DNA of 64,000 nt from Terriglobia bacterium (GTDB taxonomy: Bacteria; Acidobacteriota; Terriglobia; 20CM-2-55-15), in NCBI GenBank assembly GCA_965262675.1, contig OZ253554.1, positions 2,132,640 to 2,196,639 of the forward strand, read 5' to 3'. Position numbers and translations under genes: made by a program. How positions within the stretch are numbered: position 1 is the stretch's first letter; the number at the start of each line of letters is the position of its first letter. Positions 9,761 through 19,795 of the stretch are shown here, one piece after another. Below the pieces are notes generated by a model. It ran no database searches, was not told the origin of the DNA, and worked only from the letters and a program-made list of their open reading frames with translations.

Positions 9761-10582
9761 TTATCTTCCGCTGAACGGCAAGCGCAACGATATGCCGAAC
9801 GCCAGCGTGAGGCCTGACAGGTCGGTATCCGCGAAACCGATGTAGTCTCCGCGGGTGGGGCCGCTTCCAAAGTGGTATCGCGCCTCGCCGGTGAGAAAAG
9901 CGCGGCGGCCGACGGGAAAATCCGCTCCGATACGCGCGTCCGCGATCGCCGATGTGCCCGAGGTCCCGAGACGGTCAGAGAAGACGTCGAATGTGTCGAA
10001 GTCGACGAAGTCTCCATTCTGCGTGAGGTCGTGCCGCATGACGCCGACACCGCCGCCCACGTACGGCGCAATCTTTGTCGGAATCCACGCAAACTGGCCG
10101 ACAGCCCGTCCCCGGTCTCCGAGGTAATACTTGGCGCCGAAGGTCAACGATGTCCGTTCGAAGGCGGTTTCCTGCCCGATGGGCAGGCCGTCGAAGTCTT
10201 CCCAATCGCGGTATTCCGATGAACTCCGGCTGCGAGTCCATGCCACATCGGCGACAAGATCCACACGATCCGTCACTCGTACCGCGAGCTCGCCCCCAAA
10301 CTGGGGACTTCGGAAGTCCCGATCCTCAAGAGTGAACTGTTCACGAGTGAAACCGAAGAGGTCGCTCCCCACGGCGGGCATGCTGTAGCTCATCCTCACG
10401 CCGACCGAAGCGCGAGGCGGATCGAACAGGAATCCCGGTCCGCCCTGTGCCCACGCCGCGGAAGGCAGGAGGGCGCAAGCGACGAACACCGCGGCAAATG
10501 CAATTCGCCTCACGCCCGAGGGCGCCGCCTGTTGAAAGAAAAAGTCCAGAATCAGTGATTTCAAAGCGAATCGAGCCCTCAT
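9761..10582 (-). CDS. outer-membrane beta-barrel protein (porin/OmpW-like), hypothetical
   Basis: Signal peptide ...ACALLPSAAWAQ. Alternating amphipathic strands, C-terminal ...LRLPF-like ending. Sits 14 bp upstream of the 8286..9746 gene. Confidence 0.5.
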   Translation of the reverse strand: MRARFALKSLILDFFFQQAAPSGVRRIAFAAVFVACALLPSAAWAQGGPGFLFDPPRASVGVRMSYSMPAVGSDLFGFTREQFTLEDRDFRSPQFGGELAVRVTDRVDLVADVAWTRSRSSSEYRDWEDFDGLPIGQETAFERTSLTFGAKYYLGDRGRAVGQFAWIPTKIAPYVGGGVGVMRHDLTQNGDFVDFDTFDVFSDRLGTSGTSAIADARIGADFPVGRRAFLTGEARYHFGSGPTRGDYIGFADTDLSGLTLAFGISLRLPFSGR

Positions 10583-10888
10583 GTCTTCATCTCCGGGTAT
10601 GGCGGCGTCAACATTGAATCCGCCCTTGTTATTGAATGCGCCGGCGTCCCCCAGGAACTTGCACGCGGACGGCGATTTTTTTCGTGAAATGCCTCGATTG
10701 ACCGGAAAAGCAACGTCTGGGCACTTCTTCCCATCGTTCCGCTTCCTCCGGCTCGGGCGTCCGATCGTTCTTTCAATTGCGCGGGCAGGGCGAGAACGTG
10801 GCTAATGGTGCCCATCCCCGCGTTTCTGTGGTATCCGTTATCGACATGTCGAGTTTGAAGCCTGTCAACGCTTGGAGGAGAACCAACC

Positions 10889-11836
10889 ATGCGACTTGTA
10901 ACGATCGTCATGTTTCTGGCCATTGCCGGGGCGCTGCCCGAAGCCGCCGCACAATCCTGGATCCCCCCTGCCGAAAACGAACGGTGTCCCTCGAAGTGGG
11001 GTCCGGATGATCAGCGCGGTTCCGCCAACCACATGGGACCGGAAACCGTCCTTCGCGCGGCGCGCTTGATCCGGAGCGGCGCGACGATCGAACTGGCGCA
11101 CGTCTTGTCCGGTTCGATGCCACTGGGCGACAGGCACTTCGATCTGTATCCCAAACCCAGCGTCATGAACCCCGAATCGAACCGCCGGGGCTCCAACGAA
11201 GAGTTGGTAGTCGCCGAGATGGGCCAGGTCGGCACGCAGTTCGACGGATTCAGCCACCAGACCATCGGCAACACGATGTACAACTGCGTTCCGGTGGACG
11301 AAACGCTGACGCGGAACGGCTTTACCCGGCTCGGAGTCGAAAACGTCGGGACGCTGATGACGCGCGGTGTCCTTCTGGACATCGCGGCGCTGAAAGGTGT
11401 CGATATGCTGGCGGATGACTATGAAATCACCGCGGCGGATCTGCAGGAAGCGCTGGCGACCGAAAGCCTGACGCTTGAACCCGGGGACGCCGTGATCGTT
11501 CACACGGGTTGGGGCAGGCTCTGGACGGAAGACATCGACCGGTATTCGAGCATGGGTCCGGGTATCGGCGTGGAGGCCGCGGAATGGCTGGCCGGCCAGG
11601 ACCCGATGCTGGTCGGCGCCGACACCGTTCCGGTCGAGATTCTGCCGAACCCCGATCCCGCGATTTCGCTGCCGGTTCATCAGATCATGCTCGTCGTCAA
11701 CGGCATTCATCTGGTGGAACGGATGAAGCTGGACGAACTGGCGGCGAGCGGTGTCTACGAGTTCGCCTTCATCGTGCAACCGTTGAAGATTCAGGGAGCG
11801 ACGGGTTCCACTGTCGTTCCGGTCGCCGTCTACTGA
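10889..11836 (+). CDS. cyclase-family protein (kynurenine-formamidase-like fold) with a signal peptide
   Basis: Cyclase-family hallmarks (HxGTHxDAP-like region GVENVGTLMTRGVLLDIAAL...GDAVIVHTGWG). N-terminal MRLVTIVMFLAIAGALPEAAAQ. Confidence 0.7.
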   Translation: MRLVTIVMFLAIAGALPEAAAQSWIPPAENERCPSKWGPDDQRGSANHMGPETVLRAARLIRSGATIELAHVLSGSMPLGDRHFDLYPKPSVMNPESNRRGSNEELVVAEMGQVGTQFDGFSHQTIGNTMYNCVPVDETLTRNGFTRLGVENVGTLMTRGVLLDIAALKGVDMLADDYEITAADLQEALATESLTLEPGDAVIVHTGWGRLWTEDIDRYSSMGPGIGVEAAEWLAGQDPMLVGADTVPVEILPNPDPAISLPVHQIMLVVNGIHLVERMKLDELAASGVYEFAFIVQPLKIQGATGSTVVPVAVY

Positions 11837-11923
11837 ACCGTTCCAAAACGATCCCGGAGCAACGTGCCGAGCGGTCGCGCGCTCAGAAACGCGCTGCCCA
11901 ACCATGGTGCTGAGATATTCGGT

Positions 11924-13273
11924 TTAAATCAGGAAGCCCAGGTCGCGCTGAGCGAAATTGCCGAGGTTCGGGGCGATGTGGGTAAGGTCCGCCGCGGAAA
12001 CCCCGATCCATTTCGCCAGGGTTGCCGCGTATTGATCCGCTGAGACGCTTGGTATCAGCCGACCTCGGCGCACATCGTCGGGTCCGTCGATCTCCAGTCG
12101 CGGGTAGGCGCCGTAGAACTCGCGTCCGCGCACGGAATCGCCCACCACCAACTGGATACCGCCCCAACCGTGATCGGTACCATCGCCGTTGGATGTGAGC
12201 GTGCGTCCGAAATCCGATTGGGTAAATGTGGTTACGTTGCTGGCCACGCCGAGTTCCACCGTCGCCCGATAGAATGCGCCGATCGATTCGCTGACGTCGC
12301 TGAGGAGCGCCGGCTGTCTCTCAAGCTGGTTGCCGTGAGAATCGAACCCTCCCATGGCGACGAAGAAGATCTGCCGCTGCATCCGCAGTTGGTCTCGCAC
12401 GCCGATGAGCCGCGCGACCGTCGTGAGTTGCTGACCCAGGACCGATGTGGGCATCGCCGTCGCAAGGGGTCGTGCGCTATCCAGTGCAGCGGTCACGCGG
12501 TCCGCATTATCGAGCGCCCGCTGTTGAACGTCCCTGAAAGCCCGTTCGTACATCGTGTCGTAATTCGCTTCGAGCACCCTCTCGAATGCGCCACGTCTTT
12601 GCGTAGAGAGTGCGGTAACGCGGCTGGGTCGAAAGACCTGGGGTCCGTTTCGTCCCATGGTGTAGGCCACGGTCTCATCGGCCGCCTGGAACAACCGGTT
12701 CCCCGAGAGGGAAACGTTGGTCTCCAGTTGCTGGCCGGTGACGCGTTGGCGAAGAAGATCGCTCACACGTCCGGCCCAGCCCGTCTTTGTGAGCGCCGTG
12801 CCTCTCAGCGAATGCCACTGATCCTGTTGATCGTTGTGGGAAAACAATCGTGGTGGAAGGGCAACGGAGCCATCGAGATACTGAACCTTTGTCGTCGGCT
12901 CGATGAGCGGCCCTACATTGGCGATGAAAGCCGCTCGCGAGCTATCGAACAGCGCCTGGATTGCGCCCATGGTTGGATGCAAACCGTAGTGAGATCCATC
13001 CTGGGTCAGGGGCGTGATGGGCAGCAGGTCTGTACTGGCCACGGCGAGATTCTGGCGCGATCTCGCGTAGACGTTGTATTCGGCGCCGCTTCGTGGGACG
13101 AGCATATTGAAGGAGTCGTTACCGCCCAGCAGAAATACGCACACCAGCGCACGGTAGTCGGAAAACGCGCCCTGCGGCGCGATCATTTCAGTCCACCCGA
13201 CCGGTGGAAACGCGGCCATCACCGCACCGGCGCCGGTGGCTTTGAGGAATGCGCGGCGATTGAATCTGTTCAT
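11924..13273 (-). CDS. DUF1501 family protein (Tat signal; sulfatase-like fold)
   Basis: Twin-arginine motif NRRAFLKATGAGA followed by the conserved DUF1501 core (GGNDSFN...HNDQQDQWH...GFDSHGNQ). Confidence 0.8.
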   Translation of the reverse strand: MNRFNRRAFLKATGAGAVMAAFPPVGWTEMIAPQGAFSDYRALVCVFLLGGNDSFNMLVPRSGAEYNVYARSRQNLAVASTDLLPITPLTQDGSHYGLHPTMGAIQALFDSSRAAFIANVGPLIEPTTKVQYLDGSVALPPRLFSHNDQQDQWHSLRGTALTKTGWAGRVSDLLRQRVTGQQLETNVSLSGNRLFQAADETVAYTMGRNGPQVFRPSRVTALSTQRRGAFERVLEANYDTMYERAFRDVQQRALDNADRVTAALDSARPLATAMPTSVLGQQLTTVARLIGVRDQLRMQRQIFFVAMGGFDSHGNQLERQPALLSDVSESIGAFYRATVELGVASNVTTFTQSDFGRTLTSNGDGTDHGWGGIQLVVGDSVRGREFYGAYPRLEIDGPDDVRRGRLIPSVSADQYAATLAKWIGVSAADLTHIAPNLGNFAQRDLGFLI

Positions 13274-13294
13274 AGACACGTGCCGGACCATCGG

Positions 13295-15661
13295 TCAGTG
13301 CTGCCTTGCAAATTCGGGGGAGGTTACGGTGAGATATATGGCTTCACCGACTCGGCCAGCCACATCGCGCTCGGACCGACTTTCCACCATGCCCCGGATT
13401 TCCGTTCTGAGGGTGTCTGAAATCTGTCCCGCCAGGAGCTTTTCCGCCACTCGATCGACCAGGGCATCGGTATTGTCCGCCAACCCCGCCTCTTCTTCAA
13501 TGTCGATGTAGATGTCTCCGCTCTCGAGATTGCGGTTACGGGAATGGCGAGAAAATGTCTGTCCGTAGAAAAAATTGGTGACCAACGTATTCCCATACTC
13601 CGTAGCGATCTGTAGTTCAGGCGCGGTCAGGCCCGCGTCGGATATTTCTCCGGGTGGCGCATAGAATGGGCTGAAGAAATTGAATACCGATGGAGCTTGC
13701 AGAGGACCTTGGGAAAATTCGTCTATCGGATCGTAATAGTATGCGCCGTCGGCCGAACGCGCGTCGAAAGCTCGCCAGAGTTGAGTCAGGCGCAGCAAGG
13801 GTTCCTTCAGCTTGCCGCTACTTTGGGATGGGACGCTGGAGCGAGCCTCAGGATCCAGAAGAATACTTTTGACCACGGCCTTCAGATCCCCTCTTGTTCC
13901 TTCGCCGTTGTCGTTAAACGTCGTGGCCACCCGGTCAACATATTCCGGCGAGGGGTTACTGGTCACCAACCTCTGGATCAGCCGAATGGCGACAAAGGAT
14001 CCAACATTGGGGTGGGCAAAAATATTGTCCAGGGCGTCTTCCAGGTCCTGACGGCCCGTCTGACCTGCTGGCAAGCGAACGCCGTTCAGCAAAAGCTTCG
14101 TCCCGGTGGCATGAAACTCCGGGTAGAGCTGCATGGGTAACGTCTGGCTGGTCTCGTTGCGGCGCGCCCGATTGAAGTTGGCGCCGCCCGCGTAGTTCCA
14201 ACCGGTGAACACGTGCGCGAAACCCTCAATGATGTCCTGGTTGTAGGTGGAAACGGGTTGTCCTTCGGCGTCTGTTCGCATGGTGCCGTCGATGTTCAAT
14301 TCGACCAGCCCGATGGTGAAGAGCTGCATCATCTCTCTGGCGTAATTCTCATCGGGACTGATATTCCGCGACCGGTCCGGCCGCTCGTTGCCGAGCATGC
14401 TCAGGTAAACTCCCATGGCCGGATGAAGCGTCACCTCCTCCATGAGTTCACGGAAGTTTCCGAAGGCGTTGCGCGTCAGAATGTCGTAATAGCCGGCCAA
14501 CCCATAGGGCATTTGCCGGAGCACGCCCGATTCCGCTACCACCATGATTTGCGACAGTGCGAAAGCGACCCGCTGGCGAAGCTGGTCGGGCCCATCGATC
14601 ACATTGCGGAACCAGATATCGCGCCGGTCGCGCTGCAACTGGGGCAGACGGTCCGGGACCGGAAGGGATTGCAGGTGGGGCAATTGGAGCGATACCGGTT
14701 GTTGGAACTGCTGCTCGATCCAATCCTCGAAACCGAGATCGATGACGATTTGGGCTTCCCGCTCCGTGGCGCCGAACGTCGCCCGATTCAGAAGCTTGAA
14801 GGCTTCGACTACCGTTGGAGGCTGCGGTGTCGTGGTTTGCGGTGGGGTCGTGCCTGTCGGTGGATCGCTCGACGATGTTGTGGGCCCAAACACTGTTCCC
14901 GGAATAGTGGTGAACACCTGTCCGGTAAACCGCAATCCGATGGCGTACACCGACGGCCCCGGACTATTGGAAGGCGATATCAAGACCTGTACGACATGAC
15001 CTGTCGGGATCGTTCCAAACTCATCGACAAAAAACGCCTTGGCGGAGTTCGCCGGGACATTCACGATAGTACGAACGAACTCCTCCAACTCGATACCTGT
15101 TACCAACACCTGCACGTCCAGCGACTCATTCGATGGATTCGCCACCGCCACCCCGAACCGCGCCCCATCACGATAATCGGCAGGGAACCACACGTAGGAG
15201 TCGGATGCTGCCGCAACCTCTTCGGAGGGCTCGACCAGAGCTTCGCCAACCAGTGAACCGCTAACTTCCCAAGAAAACAGCGTGTTCGCCGATCTTACCT
15301 CCTTGTTGCAATCGAGAACCGCCATGCCAGACGAATGCTCCCTCTCCTGGCTTTCTGTCTTCAGGAGGTTGAAAGCTCCTTGCAAGGTTAGCTCCGTTCC
15401 TGTACGAAGGTTGCCCCCATGATCCCGCATCGTCAGAAAGCGGCCCTGCGCTGAAAACGCACAGGTCGTAGCGTCATCGATATCGGTCAATACCGTCAGG
15501 GTCGATCCCCAGCCTCCGCCAAACACGAACTGCGGAAAAATGTACTTGTGTTGAGCCAATGCGCCTTCCGCGAACCCACCAATCGAAAGAGCGAGAACCA
15601 ACAGAGTTCGAGCAGAGTGCATAGGTCGTCTTGTCAACATGCGAAGCATTCGAGACCACAC
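13295..15661 (-). CDS. DUF1800 family protein with a long N-terminal extension and a Pro/Thr linker
   Basis: The C-terminal ~450 aa matches DUF1800 (PDENYAREMMQLFTIGLVELN...). A PT-rich linker PTTSSSDPPTGTTPPQTTTPQPPT and an N-terminal secreted domain precede it. Likely start is 15622 (MHSARTLLVLALS) or 15661. Confidence 0.8.
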   Translation of the reverse strand: MWSRMLRMLTRRPMHSARTLLVLALSIGGFAEGALAQHKYIFPQFVFGGGWGSTLTVLTDIDDATTCAFSAQGRFLTMRDHGGNLRTGTELTLQGAFNLLKTESQEREHSSGMAVLDCNKEVRSANTLFSWEVSGSLVGEALVEPSEEVAAASDSYVWFPADYRDGARFGVAVANPSNESLDVQVLVTGIELEEFVRTIVNVPANSAKAFFVDEFGTIPTGHVVQVLISPSNSPGPSVYAIGLRFTGQVFTTIPGTVFGPTTSSSDPPTGTTPPQTTTPQPPTVVEAFKLLNRATFGATEREAQIVIDLGFEDWIEQQFQQPVSLQLPHLQSLPVPDRLPQLQRDRRDIWFRNVIDGPDQLRQRVAFALSQIMVVAESGVLRQMPYGLAGYYDILTRNAFGNFRELMEEVTLHPAMGVYLSMLGNERPDRSRNISPDENYAREMMQLFTIGLVELNIDGTMRTDAEGQPVSTYNQDIIEGFAHVFTGWNYAGGANFNRARRNETSQTLPMQLYPEFHATGTKLLLNGVRLPAGQTGRQDLEDALDNIFAHPNVGSFVAIRLIQRLVTSNPSPEYVDRVATTFNDNGEGTRGDLKAVVKSILLDPEARSSVPSQSSGKLKEPLLRLTQLWRAFDARSADGAYYYDPIDEFSQGPLQAPSVFNFFSPFYAPPGEISDAGLTAPELQIATEYGNTLVTNFFYGQTFSRHSRNRNLESGDIYIDIEEEAGLADNTDALVDRVAEKLLAGQISDTLRTEIRGMVESRSERDVAGRVGEAIYLTVTSPEFARQH

Positions 15662-15976
15662 TGCCGCGTAGAATTCAACGGCTTCCCGATATTGAAAGGC
15701 AATCGCCGAGGAATCTCCGCCGATCCGGTTCTGCTCGGGGCGGCAGAAACATCACCCATCGTATCGGAAAAACATCGCCGGAAGAAAACCTGGCAGGTCT
15801 TCACTACAGCCGTTTCCGGAAGTCGCCCTTTGAACACACAACAACTTACGTTTCTCAAACCTTGAAAATTTATCTTGAAAGAGCCCGAACTGCGAAAGTT
15901 GGGCTAACCGCGGCCGGCGGATTCACAATAGAATTGGCGCGACTCGTCAGACTCCGACTTCCTGGAAGGTGCCGAT

Positions 15977-16444
15977 ATGGCGTTGTTCAATCTGAATGTC
16001 GATGGCCGGACCCGCGTTGTGGACGTGGACCCGGCAACTCCGCTTCTCTATGTGCTCACCGACGACCTCGCACTGCGCGGCCCGAAATTTGGCTGCGGTC
16101 TGGGACAGTGCGGTGCGTGTACGGTCATCGCCGACGGTCAGGCGATCCGGTCGTGTATCACGCCCGTCGAACAGGTTGCCGATGAGGCCATCGTCTCTCT
16201 GGAGGGTTTGGGCACTTTGGACGGTCCGCATCCGATCCAGCAGGCGTTCATCGACGAGCAGGCCATACAGTGCGGCTTCTGCATGAACGGCGTCATTCTC
16301 GCCGCGAAGGCTTTTCTGGATCGCAATCCCGACGCAACGGACGATCGGCTGCGCGAAGCGCTCTCCACCATCCTGTGCCGATGCGGCACGAACGTCAGGA
16401 TTCTTGAGGCGATACGCCGGTATACCCGGGAGGTGAGCGCTTGA
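15977..16444 (+). CDS. (2Fe-2S)-binding small subunit of a molybdenum hydroxylase (IorA/CoxS-like)
   Basis: CGxGxCGAC and CxxC...C ferredoxin motifs (GCGLGQCGACTV..QCGFCMNG). Overlaps the next gene by 4 bp. Confidence 0.85.
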   Translation: MALFNLNVDGRTRVVDVDPATPLLYVLTDDLALRGPKFGCGLGQCGACTVIADGQAIRSCITPVEQVADEAIVSLEGLGTLDGPHPIQQAFIDEQAIQCGFCMNGVILAAKAFLDRNPDATDDRLREALSTILCRCGTNVRILEAIRRYTREVSA

Positions 16445-18786
16445 GACCTCCAGCGACAATGTGGAACGACGATGCCCTGGCGGCGTTCGATTCGGCTGGG
16501 CTTTCCCGCCGCGGCTTCCTGAAAACCTCGGGTGCGTTGATTGTCGGGTTCAGTGCCCTGGGCCGTACGACGGCAGCGGTTTACGGGCAGGGAATCAATG
16601 GGGCGGGCAACAACGATCTGGATGCCTGGATTGCCATCCGCGCCGATGGTGGCGTGACCGCGTACACGGGCAAGTGCGAACTTGGGCATGGGCTATACAC
16701 GGCGCAGACCCAACTCATCGCTGAAGAACTCGGAGTGGCCTTCGACCGGGTGACGTTGATTCAGTGCGATACCGAGATGACGCCCGACCAGGGAACGACC
16801 TCGGGTGCGCAGTCGCATCCAGCCAACTTCAATCGCGCGAATCTGGCATTGGCGGCGGCAACGGCACGCGAAGCGCTGGTGGCGCGCGCCGCGAATGAAC
16901 TCGGCGCCTCCGCCGACGAACTTGAAATCGAAAACGGCGTGGTCCGGGTTGTTTCCGATCCCGAACGTCAGGTGGGGTACGGAACATTGATCGGCGGGCG
17001 GGCTTTTGCGATGACGCTCGATCCGGCCGCCCGGCGAAAGCATCCCGGCACGTGGACCGTACTGGGCCAGCCCGTGCCGCGCGTGGAGATTCCCGACATT
17101 GCGGCGGGGCGGTTCGAATATGTCCACAACGTTCGGGTGGACGGCATGTTGCATGGCTGTGTTGTGCGTCCCCCGGTGGTCGGCGCCACAGTGACCGATG
17201 TCAATCGAAATTCGGTCCAGGGAATGCCGGGCTTGATTCTAGTCGTCACGCGGAACAACTTCGTCGGCGTGGTGGCCGAAAAGACCTGGCAGGCCGTCCA
17301 GGCGGCGGAACGGCTCGATGTGTCCTGGTCGACACCGGATATGCCGCTGCCCGCACAGGAGGGCTACCACGACTGGTTGAGAAATCGGACGGTCACACGC
17401 GACACGCTGATTGTGGACTCGCGGGACGTGGACGGGAATCTTGCCGGTGCGGCCACTCGAATGGAGGCCACCTATCGCTATCCCTATCAGATGCACGCGT
17501 CCATCGGCAGCGCGTGCGCCGTGGCCGACATTCGGGATACGAGCGCAACGGTATGGTCCGCCACCCAGGCCGTATACCCTCTCAGGAACACCGTGGGAAT
17601 GGTCCTGGGACTCGACCCTCAAAACGTTCGCGTGATCTTTCGTATGGGCGCGGGCTGTTACGGCGTCAACGGTGCGGACACGGTATCGTATGACGCCGCG
17701 CTTCTGTCTCAAGCGGTGGACCGGCCCGTTCGCGTGCAACTCAGCCGCAAGGACGAGATGGCGTGGGAAAACTACGGCAACGCCTTCGTCATCGACGAGA
17801 GGGCCGGATTGAACGGCGATGGCGATATTGTGGCGTGGGATCACGAATCGTGGTCGCCCAACCGGGGCAGCCGTCCCCGGATGGATCGGCCCGGCAACGT
17901 GGTGACGGGGTTTCTGGCTGGTTTCGAGCCGGCGCCGTTTGCCGCGAGGAGCCCCGCGCCGCAGCCGTCGAACTTCAACAATGGAAGCAACGGGGCGCCG
18001 TCGTACGTCACCGGCGAAGTCCGCGGCGTTCAGGGAGGAACCGGAACCATCCGCAGCCAGCGCGTTCTGACGCATACCCTACCGTCTCCGTTCTTTACAG
18101 GTCCGCTCCGGTCGCCGGCCCGCCTCCAGAACACCTTTGCGCACGAGTCGTTCGTGGACGAGATCGCCGCGTCGATTCAAGCCGACCCTGTCGCGTACCG
18201 TCTGCGTCATCTCCGCGACCCCCGATTGATCGAGGTGGTGGAAGCCGCGGCCGCGCGCGCCAACTGGGTCGCGCGCCCATCCCCCGAGGCCGGCAATCCC
18301 CCGACGGGCGTGGTTTCGGGTCGAGGCATATCCTGCGTCTTTTACGAAGGCGATAACGGGTATTGCGCCATGGTCGCCGAGGTCGAAGTGGATCAGGGTA
18401 GCGGCGCGGTTGAAGTCCGCAGACTCACGATCGCCAACGACAGCGGGCCGATCTCGAATCCCGACGGTCTCAGAAACCAGCTCGAAGGCGGTGCCTTGCA
18501 CGGGGTCAGCCGGACGTTGTTGGAAGAAGTCACGTGGGACGACGAAAAGATCACATCCATCGATTGGCGGACGTACCGCCCCCTGTACCTCGGCGCCGCG
18601 GTTCCCGATATCCAGACCGTTCTGATCGATCGAACCGAGGGCGAAGCCATGGGTGCGGGGGAGACTGCCGTCACCGTCGTGGCCGGGGCCGTCGCCAATG
18701 CCATATTCGATGCAACGGGCGTCCGTCTCCGCCAGGTTCCGTTCACGCCCGAGCGGGTACGGGCCGGACTCGACGCGCGAGGTTGA
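16441..18786 (+). CDS. molybdopterin-binding large subunit of the xanthine dehydrogenase/aldehyde oxidoreductase family (IorB-like), Tat-exported
   Basis: Tat motif SRRGFLKTSGALIVGFSALG. 781 aa with aldehyde-oxidase/xanthine-dehydrogenase a/b hammerhead and Mo-binding regions. Confidence 0.85.
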   Translation: MRPPATMWNDDALAAFDSAGLSRRGFLKTSGALIVGFSALGRTTAAVYGQGINGAGNNDLDAWIAIRADGGVTAYTGKCELGHGLYTAQTQLIAEELGVAFDRVTLIQCDTEMTPDQGTTSGAQSHPANFNRANLALAAATAREALVARAANELGASADELEIENGVVRVVSDPERQVGYGTLIGGRAFAMTLDPAARRKHPGTWTVLGQPVPRVEIPDIAAGRFEYVHNVRVDGMLHGCVVRPPVVGATVTDVNRNSVQGMPGLILVVTRNNFVGVVAEKTWQAVQAAERLDVSWSTPDMPLPAQEGYHDWLRNRTVTRDTLIVDSRDVDGNLAGAATRMEATYRYPYQMHASIGSACAVADIRDTSATVWSATQAVYPLRNTVGMVLGLDPQNVRVIFRMGAGCYGVNGADTVSYDAALLSQAVDRPVRVQLSRKDEMAWENYGNAFVIDERAGLNGDGDIVAWDHESWSPNRGSRPRMDRPGNVVTGFLAGFEPAPFAARSPAPQPSNFNNGSNGAPSYVTGEVRGVQGGTGTIRSQRVLTHTLPSPFFTGPLRSPARLQNTFAHESFVDEIAASIQADPVAYRLRHLRDPRLIEVVEAAAARANWVARPSPEAGNPPTGVVSGRGISCVFYEGDNGYCAMVAEVEVDQGSGAVEVRRLTIANDSGPISNPDGLRNQLEGGALHGVSRTLLEEVTWDDEKITSIDWRTYRPLYLGAAVPDIQTVLIDRTEGEAMGAGETAVTVVAGAVANAIFDATGVRLRQVPFTPERVRAGLDARG

Positions 18787-18825
18787 GCCTGGTTTTCAGG
18801 CGCCAGGACGGTGCGGTTGGGCCGC

Positions 18826-19767
18826 TCAATGGGTGAATAGCGGCACGTCCCGGCCGTCCAGATAGTCGAGCAGCACGTCGACCGCCGCGTTCGCGAACTG
18901 TTCGTATCCATGGTCCGTAGGCCAGCCGATGTGCGGCGTAAGAACGACGTTGTCGAGCCGGGTCAGCGGATGATTCGCGGGCAGGGGCTCTTCGTCGAAT
19001 ACGTCCAGGCCGGCGCCCGCGATCCTTCCTTCCTCGAGCGCGGATACCAGGGCGGATTCGTCGACGATCGGTCCGCGGGCCGTGTTGATCAGACATGCCG
19101 TGGGCTTCATCAGGGCGATGCGTCCGGCGTCGATCAGTCCGCGTGTCTCCGGTTTCAGCGAGACATGGATGGAGACAACATCGGCGGTCTTCAGCAGATC
19201 GTCAAGGGGCGAATACTCGGCCCCATGCGCAACCGCGATCTCCGGCGTCAGCGACGGACTCCAGGCGGTGACACGCATCCCGAACGCCCGTCCCAGGCCG
19301 GCCACATGCCGGCCGAGACGTCCCAATCCGATAATCCCGAGTGTTTTGCCATGCAGGATTGGAGTCAGCGGCGTGGGCCACTCGCCGCGCTTCAGCGCAC
19401 TGTCGCACGCGGGTATCCGGCGCATCAGCGCAAGAGCCAATCCGATCGTGAGTTCGGCGGCGCCGATCGAATAGCCGCCGGATGCCTTGGCCACGACTAT
19501 TCCCAGGTCAGCGGCCGCCTCGAAGTCGATGTGGTGGGCATGATTGCCGGTCTGGGCGATGATCCGGAGGTCGGGCAGTCGTTCGAGGAGTTCACGGGTA
19601 AACGCCGTGCGCTCGCGGTTGGCGATAAGGGCGTCGAACCCGCCGAGGGCAGACGGTTGTCCGAACGCGCCGGTGAAGATTCTTACTTCGGCGCGCTCGC
19701 GAAGACGGCTAACCGCGCCGGTCGTTTCATAGGCCCGATGAATGTCGTCGAGAATCGCTACCCGCAT
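18826..19767 (-). CDS. D-isomer-specific 2-hydroxyacid dehydrogenase (NAD-binding)
   Basis: GxGxxG Rossmann motif (GIIGLGRLGRHVAG) and the catalytic R/E/H arrangement. The preferred start MRVAILDD at 19767 lies inside the longer ORF 18826..19908. Confidence 0.8.
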   Translation of the reverse strand: MRVAILDDIHRAYETTGAVSRLRERAEVRIFTGAFGQPSALGGFDALIANRERTAFTRELLERLPDLRIIAQTGNHAHHIDFEAAADLGIVVAKASGGYSIGAAELTIGLALALMRRIPACDSALKRGEWPTPLTPILHGKTLGIIGLGRLGRHVAGLGRAFGMRVTAWSPSLTPEIAVAHGAEYSPLDDLLKTADVVSIHVSLKPETRGLIDAGRIALMKPTACLINTARGPIVDESALVSALEEGRIAGAGLDVFDEEPLPANHPLTRLDNVVLTPHIGWPTDHGYEQFANAAVDVLLDYLDGRDVPLFTH

Positions 19768-19795
19768 GGCTTGAAGATCGCGCCCGCCGTGCCTG

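Noticed and set aside
10889-11836. CD-NTase/cyclase of a CBASS-type system
   Set aside because: The protein belongs to the metal-dependent cyclase/kynurenine-formamidase-like family with a signal peptide, not a nucleotidyltransferase. No effector or ancillary genes are adjacent.
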